Source: Narcine bancroftii (lineage: Eukaryota). From it: DNA of 64,000 nucleotides. The translations under genes and the position numbers were made by a program. Position 1 is the stretch's first letter, and each line of letters starts with the position of its first letter. Positions 24,120 to 36,900 of the stretch are shown piece after piece. The notes below the pieces were generated by a model. That model saw only the letters and a program-made list of their open reading frames with translations. It was not told the origin of the DNA and did no database searches. The DNA is taken from contig NC_091470.1 of the NCBI RefSeq assembly GCF_036971445.1, positions 278,132,001 to 278,196,000 on the forward strand. The letters are read 5' to 3'.

Positions 24120-25933
24120 GTAATTCTGTTTAATTTAAAAGTTGGCCTGGATATAATCCGATTCCAAGTCAAAGGCAAAATTGCAGTCTCTCAATCTGTG
24201 AAATTGAGCTCAATAAATCTGCTGACTGCTTGCACCGGAAAACGTTCGCGTTGTTATAGAATCACAGCGGCTCTTGTCAGGTTCTCAGAAATGGAGAGGC
24301 TGGCAAACGCGCCTGACAGGCTCTCATTTTCTTCTGATTAAGAGAAATACAGTAACTATTTGCAGAAAGAAACACGCGTAGTGTAACGGGTGGTTGGAAT
24401 ATTCGGACGAGACAGGAACTGAGACAAACCAGCTGGAATAAAATCTTGAAAAATAAAGATACAAATTAGCAGTCTAACACATTAGACTGCTGGAGCATTT
24501 GTGTGGTTTTTTCCCCACTTAACCAGGGTGTCAACAGAATCCTGTGTTTTACCCCCCATTTAAAACACTATTCAGGAGAAAAATACACACGTTAAAAGCA
24601 AGAATAAATAGATTAAAATTGAATAAATCTTTGTGCTATGCGCTGGGAAAACGAGGGTGTGAAGCTTTTTTAATAAAAAGAAACACACAATACAATCATA
24701 GAACCTAGAACACCACAGCACAGAAACGAGCCTTTTGGACTATCTCGTCTGAAGCGAACTATTATTCCCAGTTTATAGTCCTCCATACCCCTCCCATCCA
24801 TGTAATATCTGTTACTCCCATCCATGTAATATCTGTTATAAAACTGATCCCTCATTTACCACTTCAGCTGGCAGCTTGTTCCATACTCTCATCATTTGCT
24901 GCGTGAAGTTCCCCCCAAATTCCCTTTAAGCATTTCACCTCTATCTAGCTCTTGTCTCGATTTAAAAAAAAATGCCTGCTTGTATTTATTCTATCGATAC
25001 CCCTCATAGTTTTGTAAACCTCTGTCAATTTCCCCCTTCATTATTCTATGCTGCAGGGAACTAAGTCCTAACCCGTTTAATCTTTCCCTGTAACTCAATT
25101 CCTCAAGTCCCGGCAATGAATAAGAAACATGGGGAAAACAATAAACATGAACATTAATCACATTAAATAAACAAGAAATATAAAGCAATAAAGTATTCTG
25201 TAGACGCACAATTAACAACTAGAGGTGCTGTAGACATCATCATGGAGAGATACGCTAAAATCTGGCCGTTCGGCCCAACGCGACCACACTAACCATGCCT
25301 GCAAGCAGCAACAACGTAATAAATTGACGCTGACATGAAATTACAAAAATGTAATCCTTTGCCCAGGCACTTTATCAAAACAACAGGAGACGAAACCAAA
25401 TAAGGACATTTAAGGAGGATAATGTGCAAATCTCTTTGCTCACGCGTAGATGGCACCTGCACGCTTTAAAGTTGGGGGAAAATGGCCATAGAAATTAGTA
25501 CATATGTATCCATCACCCAGAGGAATATGCTCTGTTTTTATGAGGTCCGGGACTTTGTAATAAAAACAAAGAAAGGCAACATAAATTAGCTGAGTAGATT
25601 TTCCCGTTTATTTGCAAGAAGTATGTATATATTTTTTGAGAATTCCATTCCTCGAGTGAGGGTGTGTAGTGGGCAATAAATTCTAGAATATTTTCACCTC
25701 TTGTGTTCGTAAAGCTGATATTATTTGCATCCATCTTAAAGAAACAGATGCCAAATAGAATTACAGAGCATTGGACAGGTAACTTGGTCGCGAGACATTT
25801 TTAGCATCTTTTGGGTACTGTAATTTTCTGAGAGGCGCTGACTACACCCTTGCTTTCTCGACGCTTAATGTATTATTTAGAAGCATGAATGAAAAGCTAA
25901 CTACTTTTATACTTTTTTTTAAATTTCACCTAG

Positions 25934-26067
25934 GAACATCCTCGAGTTCATTGCGTGTCGCGATTTTCACATACACCCTTCTGCTGATGAAGAGTGTGTT
26001 ATACTGCGGCATCATCTCATTCATCGTCTACAAGGTGGAATACCGGGACACGAAGAAGCCGCTGTAA
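25934..26067 (+). CDS. TRGC: TCR gamma constant region exon 3 (TM plus cytoplasmic tail)
   Basis: GTSSSSLRVAIFTYTLLLMKSVLYCGIISFIVYKVEYRDTKKPL*; YxLLLxKSxxY transmembrane motif with the charged Lys, as in TCR gamma/beta. Confidence 0.94.
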
Positions 26068-26388
26068 ACTCGCATTAAGAGCGTTTTATGTGTTGATAAA
26101 CGTCTTCCATTTCGGTAGACGCTATCGGCCTGTTTTCCTCGTGAGATTGTGCACCCTGTTGTAAATACGTGTAAAAGGCCAAACTCCAAAAGCGGAGCCA
26201 AGTTTCCAAGTGATCACGATGCATAATAGATAGAAATGAGGAGCGTGTGGTTCTATCAGAATGAGATTGTTGTGAGGAAACCGGGTCGTTGGCCTTCAGT
26301 GACTTGTATTGTTGAACTCTTTGTTGCCATAAATTTGCTGGGTTTTGTATTCTTCCTGTTTACTGCGTTTACCATTCTGTAAATCGGC

Positions 26389-26394
26389 AATAAA
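26389..26394 (+). terminator. Polyadenylation signal AATAAA for TRGC
   Basis: First AATAAA seen after the stop (~320 nt downstream), followed by T/GT-rich sequence. Confidence 0.7.
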
Positions 26395-29300
26395 TGATTC
26401 TGTACGGTTTATTTAGTATTTTAACACTCTACACCCTGCCCGCTCCTTATTTGCGCCAGTGACTCCCGTTCGAATCCGGCGCAGTCTGTGAGGAGTTTGT
26501 ACGTCCACCCCCACCCCTCCAGGTTCTCTGATTTCCACCCCACCCTCCCTAAAACGTACGGGTTGGTAGGTGAATTGAGTGGAATTGGGCGGCAGGGGAT
26601 TCAAAGTTTGGAATTGGTTTCTACCATGTTGTAAATACATTTAAACGTTTATTTGAGAATAAAGGCTACAAGCTATGAGCTTCGGCAGGCCAGCGAGCAG
26701 AGAGAGAAACAAAATCCACGTGTAGGTGCAAAGCCCAAAAGACCGGGCGCCTTTTGGTTTCGAGAGGGGGAGGGATGGAGGAAACGTAAAGTCGCCGCCA
26801 CTCAACGATTTGAACAAGGGGCGATTCAAAAAGCTCGAATAACGATTCCACCTAATAAAACTGCAGAAGACATTAGGTTTCGGAGCTCTGTATCTTGCTT
26901 CTACGCTAACCCCAGCCCGCGTAGTGGAAAACGCCTTGGACATGGACAATAACAAAAAAATAGTCCGGATAATCAGGTATTAGTCCTTTTCAATGTAGCC
27001 ACGACTAATCCCTTCAAATTGAGGCCCTCTGCTTAAAGTTTAAATATAAGGACGGCCCGTGCAGCCATCCCTTAGTACTTCCAAGTTAAGGTATCAACCT
27101 TCACTTTCCCACCTGCGTCCGGTCATCTTTCACCGCCGTGCCCACATCTGCCTTAAATATTGAAAGGTTCTGCTTCGCCTTCTGAGAGAAGCTCAAATCA
27201 CCCTATCTCTGTATTAATGGGTGGCCGCTGTCTTTAAACAAAAAAAAACCAAGTTCTCGATGTCCTTACCCAGACGAAACCATCTTTTCGCCTTAACCCC
27301 GTCAAGGTCCCTCTCGCACTCGAACATCCGTAGTAAACTGACCGGCTCCCTCTGCCCCATTTAACAAAGGCCGCCCCCTCCCACTTGGATAAACTTCCCA
27401 TAACATTCGAGAAGCTTTCCTGAAAACTGGCCTTTTGCGAATCACGCATTTGGACACCCGGATCCAAGATTCTACCGTGGCGAGAGAGGGAGATAAAAGT
27501 TTGATTATCAATAAAAGTACAAAAACCAATTAATTCCAACTCAAACTGCAGGTTTCGAAAATGATGGCTGATCGCTCTCCAATCCATCTCCGACTGAGAG
27601 TGTAAGGCTTCATGCATGGTATAATAATGCTTCCAAACTCAGCGCTGAAGCAACACAACTGCCTGTTTTATTTGAAATTATTTATATTAAGTTCCACTTG
27701 ACTGTTGTCCCAAAGCGATATCAGACACACCAGTCTTACTTTAACTGCACTCTGCAGTTTACCGACATTGTATTCTGCAATGAGGTGAAAACCGTCAATA
27801 TTTAGCATGGACAAAAAGGCAATGTTTTGTTGCAATTTTCGTGATTTAAACAAACTTTGGCGGTACAGAGAGTGGCACGTGGAGCGGAACAAGGTGGGTA
27901 CCGTGGAGCTGATGGGATGGGGTCCTGACCGATCGACAACAACTAAAGGGACTGAATTCGACTGGTTTGTTTTGCGGAATGAAGCGGTTCTCTGTTTTTT
28001 AATTTTTCACAATTATCTCGGTACACGTGGCGATCATTTTTTGATGGGTTTCTTTCATTTCACAATTTAAATTAAACTATAATTAACACCAACCATTTTC
28101 GTTAATGGTCATTTTTTTCTGGTTTGTCACCTTTTGATTTATATTTTGCACATTTTTATTTCTGGTATGGCGTGGAGTGAGGATGGGGGGGGGGGGGGGA
28201 AGAAGTGGGACTCTAGTATTCTTTACGCAGGCGGAAAATGTTCGTGTTACAAGACCACAAATCTAAAGCTAAAGAATGTTGAATATTGGCAATTAGCAGC
28301 ACACGTTCCCATCTTTATATTCACCATCTCGCCTTTCATTCGTTCTAAACGCAGGTTGTTCCAGCTACCACGGGCTGTTGGGTGTATTTAAGTCGGAGAT
28401 GGATAGGTATCTGCATAATCAGGGAGAAGGCGGGGAGCGGGGCTGGTGGGAGAATGGATTAGCTCACGATGGTATGGCGGAGCGGACTCGGTGGGTCGAA
28501 TGGCCTATATCTCATGGCCTTATAGTTTGCATCCAGGTACAGAGTCTCACAAAAGGGGCGGAGCATTTAAGATTAAGACGAATGCAATATACATACAGTA
28601 CAATATAATTCATTTCTTGGATTTCTCTAAGAATGTTGTCAACGCCTCAGCATTTTCGATATTCAGACTGAGTTTCATTGATTTTCGAACGTTAAAGGAA
28701 TTGAGGGTTATGAAGATGAGTCGAGAGGTTGAAGAATGGTCGTAATGGGGTTGGAGCAGGTTCAAACGCCCTATTCCTGATATGCCCTTACATTCTTGCC
28801 AAAGCAGATGGAATAGATGAAACTAATCTTTATTTAGAGTTGGAACCTGAAATGCATCACTTGAAACCAAGTGGGAGAAAATTCAATTATGAATTTGAAA
28901 ATGAAATTGGATATATAAAATATTACGCAGTGCATGTGATCAGAAGCAAAGTGGGTATAAAATGGAAAGGTTTAGATTATTCCACAGAATGACAAACGGT
29001 TATTTTAACCGTTCACGCATGCCTTGCCACTTCCTCTGCAGATATCTGATGAACAGTCCCCATAGTTGACAACACAGGAAATAATGTTACTTTAATCATA
29101 TTCTTCAATCTCGAGCCCAGCTATCAGGGATACAATGAGCAAACCCACAAAGTCGCGTCCATCTTTTTTTTCCTCATAACAATGAGTATTTTTCTTCAAT
29201 GAATAACAAGCCCATTTGTTTATTATTCTCCTACTGTCTCCTCGACTAAAAATCCATTAAAAGTCAGGAAAATTATAAACCACAATATTGCCAGTAAAAT

Positions 29301-29649
29301 CTTACCTTGTTCTTTCAAATATAAGCAAGTGAAGTGTGGTCAAATTTAAAAAAAAAAATAACCTAATTAAAATGACTTGCCAGAGTGGACTTAGTGAAAA
29401 TAATCCCTTCAAGTTTGAAGGCTATGAGATTTGTTAGCTGGACTGACACTAAGGTATTGTCAGAGGCGACATCATTCCGAGGCCGCTTCTGGGCTCATAT
29501 GGATAACAAATCTTATATCCTGCTTGGAAGAGAACGAGGGTCACTCGTGTGTCCCAACTAACATTTATCCCCATCAATATCCCCAAAACAGTAAAGTTAG
29601 TCTTCATCATAATGCTGTTTGTCAGAAGGGGATTGTGTGTAAATTTATC

Positions 29650-30590
29650 TCTAGGATGTAATCCAAAGTGAAGGCCAAAAGCCAGGCCTACATGGTCAAG
29701 GGAAAGTTGAGAGCTGGTCTTGGGCATAACAATTGATGAAAGATGGTGGGAAGATTTGTATTTGAATAGCCTGATGGGAATAGTTAATGCTAGACACATA
29801 TTGGTGCAACATAATTTCTTGCATCAGTTATACCTCACACTGATAAAATTACACAAGTCAGAGGCAGACATTTTGGAAATGTGTTTTTAGTGTGGTGTGG
29901 AGGGTGGAACCTTTGTTCACTCCGTAAGGGTGAGATCCTTTTGGGAAAGCATGGGGGACATTCTGAAAAAATTTACACAGCATCCAGAGTTGTACCTTCT
30001 AGAGGACATTGGGGAAGTACAGTTTAGACTGTCCAAACACCAAATTCAGTTTGTGAAGATCGCCTTGTCAGTAGCCAGGAATTGTAGAGCAGTTACATGG
30101 AAGTCTGACTCCCAGCTAAATATTGCACGATGGAATACAAAAATACAGTGTTGCATTCCCCTGGAGAAAATAATCTCCAATTTATGGAAGAGATATGACA
30201 CAATCATTGAGGTGTGGCAACAGTATCTGAGGCATAAAGGTGTACAGATATAATTCATCCCCCTTCCCAAATAAGAAAAAAGAAACAATCTGTCCCAGCA
30301 GGTAAAGAGTATGAAATGGGGAATGCAGTGCAGACAATGTGTGCACTTGCCCCTACCTGTTTTTATTTAACATCCAAAGTCCTCTAGCTTTGTCTTTGTT
30401 GGTATTTAGGTGGGTTTTGTATGTTTGTACTTTATACTTGAATAATTTAAGGGATAGGGAGAGAAGGGCATAAGGAGGGGGAAATAAGGACACCGTGAAT
30501 CATATTACTTGGAAAAAGAATGTAATATTTAGTTTCTTGGATTTGCATGAGTCAAGGAAATCAAAAATAAAATATTCAAAAAAGAATAAA
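29650..30590 (+). mobile_element. 5'-truncated L1-clade ORF2 3' fragment with A-rich tail
   Basis: FVKIALSVARNCRAVTWKS..CIPLEKI; aataaaatattcaaaaaa tail. Confidence 0.8.
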
Positions 30591-30779
30591 TAAAGTAGGA
30601 AGAGAATAGGCAGCCATGTAATATTCTTCGCAGTTAAATTAAGAAGAATTCCAATTCTGATTGTTGGAGAAAAAGTTAATCCCTTTTGGAATCATAGAGG
30701 TAAATCATCTGGGAATATTGCCAAGGTCCTAAGTGCATGTTTTGTTAAAATCATTTAGAAGTATTCAGAGGATAGTTTA

Positions 30780-31930
30780 TTCAGAGAGGGATATATTGAC
30801 ATTACTGATCAGTGTTAAGGGGAAGTATGAGATGAGTGGAGACCAATCCCAGAATGTATTGAAACAACAAGGATATTGCTGGGCCTTGACAGAGATTCTT
30901 AGATCACTATTAGCTGCAGGCAAAGTATCAGAAGATTGGAAGATATCTAATGTTTCTATATCTCAGAAGGGCACCAGGGTAGACTAGTATTTACAGACCA
31001 TTGAGCCTTATGTCATTGGTGGGAAGTTATGTGAGAAAATTCTCAGAAACATAATTTATGTACATTTGGAAAAGTAAGGACTGATTAGGACTAGTCAGCA
31101 TGAACTTGTGAAGGGAAATCCTATCTCATTAATTTGATACTTCTGAAAAGTTACAAATAGATTGATGAAGACAGGGTAGTGGAGTTTAATCAAGCATTGA
31201 CAAGAACCCTGGTGCAGAAGAATAAGGCACATAGATCCAATGCGATCTGGCCAATTGGAACTAACGTTTTCTTGGGACAGAGGATAGCGGTGGTAGGAAA
31301 CTTTACTGGTTGAAATTCTGACTAGTGATATAAGTTGAATGAATGAGAGTTTACATTGCACATTAGTATATAGCAAGAAAGAGAGTCTTACTTGCTGCAG
31401 CTTATCCATTACTTAAACACAATTACAAGTAATAATTAAGATGACACAAAGAGAAAAGATAATTGATAAAATATTCTCATTTGAATTGATCTTCTATCAG
31501 ATCTTTGATGCCTGGTGATACTGGGAGGTTCAAGAACTGCCAAACATCAAGCTTCTGTAACTTCTGTCTGAAGGTAACATGGAGGGCGAGCAGGATGATA
31601 GGGATATTTTATGATGCTGATGTAGAAGTATGAATGGCACAAATATTGTTTGGATTGTGGATATTGGGGAAGGTGGTTGAAGGCGAAAGCAGCATATAGA
31701 TCATAAGGAATCTTGGGCACAATCTCAGCAAATGGAATTTAATCCCAACAAGTGAAAAGTCAAGCATTTTGAGAAGGCAAAGAGGGATATGATATATAAA
31801 GAAAATGGAAGGGCAATTTGAATTATTGCTGAGCAGAAACATATGGGTCTATAGATCCCTGAAAGTGACCCAAGAGATCGATAGGTTTCTGAAGAAGGCA
31901 TATCACATACTTGCCTTCATAGATCATATA
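30780..31930 (+). mobile_element. Decayed CR1 RT fragments
   Basis: VSEDWKISNV, YRPLSL, QHELVKGKS remnants. Confidence 0.65.
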
Positions 31931-32918
31931 TAGAAATTAAGAGTTGGTGTCATTATACAAAATGAGAGGAGAATGAATGATCGTAAATACAAGTACAATG
32001 TATGGATGCACTGAAAGTCGTACTTGATACAACCACATGGGTAAAACAATAAAGAGATTAACGGGATGGAAAATAAACATTCACAGTTAGTTAGTGAAAG
32101 ACAAAGGTGCTGGCAACAGCAGAGACAGATCTTTTGGTGGTCTTGGAGTAGTTTATGGTTGGAGTTAGTGGAGTACATAGATTCAAAAGCTTCCTGATGT
32201 TTGATTGAATCTGGAGATGCTGAATTTCAAACTGCTGAAGGCGAAACCTGGCTCTGATGCAACCAATCAATATATTTACTGCAGTACATCTATATCAAAT
32301 CTCCTTGGACTTCTTAGAAAGTAGGTGTTGGCATCATCAGCAACTTTATAGATTGTGTTGGAGTTGAACTTAGCTACACAATCACAGTGCAAAGACAACA
32401 GGAGTGGACGAAACATGCAGCCTTGAGATGCCCCAATGTTAATGGTCAGTGATGAGGTTATGTTGCCAATCCACACTAACTGTAGACTACAATGTGGAAA
32501 TTGATGATCCAGTTACAAAGGGAGTGCCCCAGACCCTTGAATTTGATTATTAGTTTTGGTGGTATGGTGTTAAATGTTGATCTGTAATTAATAAACAAGT
32601 CTGAAGTAGGTGTTTGTGTGGTCCAGGTGATCTAACAACCTCAAGCACTTCATTTTTGAAAGAAACTGATTTTGGATTGGAAAGTTTTCAAAGGGGGAGG
32701 GCCAAATGAGATTCATGCGATAAGCACCTTGGTCATCATAATGAGTTGAGCTGCAGGACCTGATTCTATGCTGTATTCTATGGCTGTGATTAATACAGTG
32801 TGGATGGCCAGTGAAATGGCATCCACTGTGGACCTGTTGAGGCTTTTGGTAAATTGAAGTGGGTCCAGCTCATTCACTTTTTGAAAATTTCATTTAAAAC
32901 ATTTTCTATACATAGCTA

Positions 32919-33333
32919 TGACAGAATGGAGGACCATCGCCTTCCCAAGATCGTGTTATATGGCGAGCTCTCCACTGGCCACCGTGACAGAGGTGCACCA
33001 AAGAAAAGGTACAAGGACTGCCTAAAGAAATCTCTTGGTGCCTGCCACATGGACCACCGCCAGTGGGCTGATAACGCCTCAAACCGTGCATCTTGGCGCC
33101 TCACAGTTTGGCGGGCAGCAACCTCCTTTGAAGAAGACCGCAGAGCCCACCTCACTGACAAAAGGCAAAGGAGGAAAAACCCAACACCCAACCCCAACCA
33201 ACCAATTTTCCCCTGCAACCGTGTCTGCCTGTCCCGCATCGGACTTGTCAGCCACAAACGAGCCTGCAGCTGACGTGGACTTTTTACCCCCTCCATAAAT
33301 CTTCGTCCGCGAAGCCAAGCCAAAGAGAAGAGT
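32919..33333 (+). mobile_element. Young 5'-truncated RTE-clade LINE
   Basis: RMEDHRLPKIVLYGEL..GAPKKRYKD..RIGLVSHKRACS; 8-bp TSD catagcta (32911-32918, 33334-33341). Confidence 0.9.
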
Positions 33334-33927
33334 CATAGCTAAACCTAATACAATAATCAATTAATATCAAGTCCATTATATATGATATAACATTGGCAGT
33401 GGCAAGAAAATGTATAGCAGTAACATGGAAATCGGACTCCCATTTAGATATGGAGTGATGGAATGCAGAAATGCAGAGCTGCGTGCCTCTTGAGAGGATT
33501 ATTTATAATCTGAGAAATAAATAGGATGTATTTTTGAAAATTTGGTGCCTATATTTACAAATTGCATGAAATTATTTAGATGTTTTCCCTAAAATTTGAA
33601 ACCTCACTGACCTTTTTGGACTAGGTCATTACTGAGGCAGGAAATGATTTTCTCCATAATCAACCTCTCAATGTGCTTCACCACAATTCACACAAGTGCT
33701 ACCAGCCAAGCAATTGACGCAGATCACTTTGCTGGTTTGGCTAAAATTGGGAGCATTGTATGGAGTTCTAGTCACCATACTGAGAAGGTGCAGAGGAGAT
33801 TCACGCTAAGGTTAGACAAACACAAAAGCTGCAGACACTGGAATCTTGAGCAAAGGACTGCTGGAAGAAATCAGTGGGTCAGACAGCATCTGTGGGTGGA
33901 AATGGTCAGTCAACGTTGCCTAAAGAT

Positions 33928-36900
33928 GGAGGAGTCACGTGATGGAGTAATGGCCAGTAGGGTAAAACCAGCCCTCTCCAGAAAAAAGAAAAAAAATCAA
34001 AAGACAAAGTTCAACAAACGTAAAATATAAGAAATAGAAGATAAAGTTGCAAAGAGAAAGAAGATGGCACCCAAGAAGGAAAAAGTAAAAATAATGGGGA
34101 AAAAAAAGAAGTCACCGGAAAAGAAAGGCCTTACCAGCATGAAGGAACAGGGAGCAATGGTAGCGAAGAATGTCCATTCTCAGAGGTTGGTGCCGGCCCT
34201 GCTGGCCCTGCGGAGTCGCAACCCCCTGACCGGTGGACTGCAAAACAAAAGTGCGCAATCTAAGGTGAAGGAAAATACTGACGGGAGGGGGGCTCAGCCA
34301 AGGAGCGGGCAACCATGGCGTGACCAGCTGAGGGATGCCCGACACCAGGGCTCTCAGCTGGAAGATGAGGAAGGCGGCTGGAGAGGGAGTGAGGTACCAG
34401 GCGAGGAAGAAAGCCGACAGGGTGAACGGCAAGAGGAGCAGCAGCAGGCGGCCCGGCAGATGAGCAGTCCAGAAGAGGAGGACCAATAGCAAGCAGCCCA
34501 GCAAGATGAGGCCTGATGAAGTGATAAAGCAACTCATCAGGAAAATCAGAAGATGCAAAGAAGAAGACACAAACACAGGTACAGACACAGAAGAAGAGGA
34601 AGAAGAAGACACAAACACAGGTACAGACACAGAAGAAGAGGAAGAAGAAGACCAAGATCTTCATAGAGAAATAGAAGGTAAAACAGATGGACAGAATATA
34701 AAGCTTTTTTGAAAAACAAAAAAGAATGGTTGTCATTAGAATTTAGTGCAATTAAATAAAAAAAAAGACAAAATGCAAAGATTAGAGCTAGTCATGACTG
34801 AAATAGGGAAAAGAGTAGAAAATGTGGAAGACCAAGAAATGGCTGTAGAAATGGAAGTAAATGACTTAAGAGGAAAATTAGAAGAAAGTGACAAAAAAAT
34901 TAGAGACACAAGAGTTGTTATCTCAGAAAATTGATATGTTGGAAAATTGCATTAGGCAAAACATAAAAATAGTGAGCTTAAAGGAAGATGAAGAAGGCAC
35001 AGACATGTAGGAATTCATAAAAGGATGGATCCTGAAGATTCTGGGAACAACAGAAATGCAGGAAGAAATGGAAATAGAAAGGGCACACAGGACACTAGCT
35101 CCGAAACCAGACACATCAAAAATCAAGATCCATCCTGGTAAAAGTTTTGAGATATACGACAAGAGAAAATATACTGGAGCGGAAAAGAAATAAGATTAGA
35201 GAAGATAATAAACCATTGGAATACAAGGGTCAAAATTATTTTTTTTACCCAGACACAAGTTTTGAACTCTTAAAGAAGAGGAAGGAGGTTAATATAGCAA
35301 AATCGATCCTATGGAAAAAAAGGTTATAAATTCACGTTAAGACATCCAACCATGCTTAAAATATTTATACCCGGGGAGCAGACTGTTCTCAGATCCGGAG
35401 GAAGCACAAGAATTCTCAGAGCGTTTGAAGGACACGAGATGAAGAGATGTAATAAGAATGAAGAATGATGATTAGGTATATATAAAGATGTAAAAACAAT
35501 GTATATGTAAAGAACTAAAGAGGGAAAAGAGAAGGGAGGGAAGGAAGGAAGGGGGAAAAAAGGGAGAGCTTTGATATATGTGTAAAATAAGTGTTTTTTG
35601 GGGTGTGGGGAAGAGAATAACCGTCACTGCAAAATCAGTTGACACTTGCAAGCAAGATCGCAATCCAAATGGAAAGGGGAGTTGTAGTTGCCCAGCAAGG
35701 GATAAGGAGCAACTCGGGGGGGGGGGGGGCATTTGGGGATAAGGTAATACTGGGTGTGGGAATTGTTGGAGTATTTTATGTTTTAAATGTGTTGTCATAC
35801 ATTGAGTTTAAAAAGGGAAAATTGAGAGATGAAAATGGGGAAAAGGGGGATGGTGGTGGTGAGAAAGCAGAAATGAGGTGCAAACAAGATATGAGATGGC
35901 CACATTGAACTATATGACTATAAACATTAATGGAATACATAACCAAATTAAAAGGAAGAGGCTGTTAAATTTACTAAGAAAAAATAGATATAGCATTTGT
36001 GCAGGAAACACATCTAACTGAAGTGGAACATAACAAATTAAAGAGAGACTGGGGAGGATACGTAGTGGCAGCATCATATAATTCAAAAGCTAGAGGTGTA
36101 GCCATATTAATTAATAAAAATGTACCAATCAAAATAGAGGAGGAAATAATAGATCCAGCAGGGAGGTATGTAATGATAAAGTGTCAGATATACTCAGAAT
36201 TTTGGAATTTGCTCAATATATATGTACCTAATGAGGATCAAAAGTTTATGCAGGATATTTTTTGAAGATTGTAGATACACAAGGAAATATATTGATGGGG
36301 GGTGGGGGAGGGGGTTAGTTTAACCTTAATTTGGATCCAATGTTGGATAAAACTGGACAAAAGACAAGCAATAAAGTAGCCAAATTTATGGTTAAATCAA
36401 TGCAGGAAATGAAACTTATGGATATATGGAGGAGGTAACACCCAGGAGAGAAGGAATATTCATATTATCCGAGTAGGCATAAAACATACTCAAGGATTGA
36501 CATGTTTTTGTTGTCTGCCCATATTCCCACACAAGGGAAAAACCAGACTGGACTAACATAGAGCTAGATAAAATAGGGGAGAAGGTACTGGAACATATAC
36601 TTTATAAGTGGGATGAAAAGCTGGTGCAACATAAAAGCTCACCAGTACTACATCATTTACTCAATATATGAACGAAGATCCACTTAGAAAGGAAAAAAAT
36701 GAATTACCAAATATCAAAATTGTTATTGACACAAAACCCACTAATCCCTTTTACAATAGATAACCTTTCCTTTAGAGAATGGAAGAGAAAAGGAATCAAA
36801 AGAATAGAAAATTGTTTTTTGGGAAATAATTTATTAACATTTGAACAGTTGAAGTACAAATATGGAATAACTCATGGTACAATGTTTGCATATCATCAAC

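Noticed and set aside
27405-27425. Heat-shock-element-like TTCGAGAAGCTTTCC 3' of C
   Set aside because: Imperfect and isolated; cannot be distinguished from chance.
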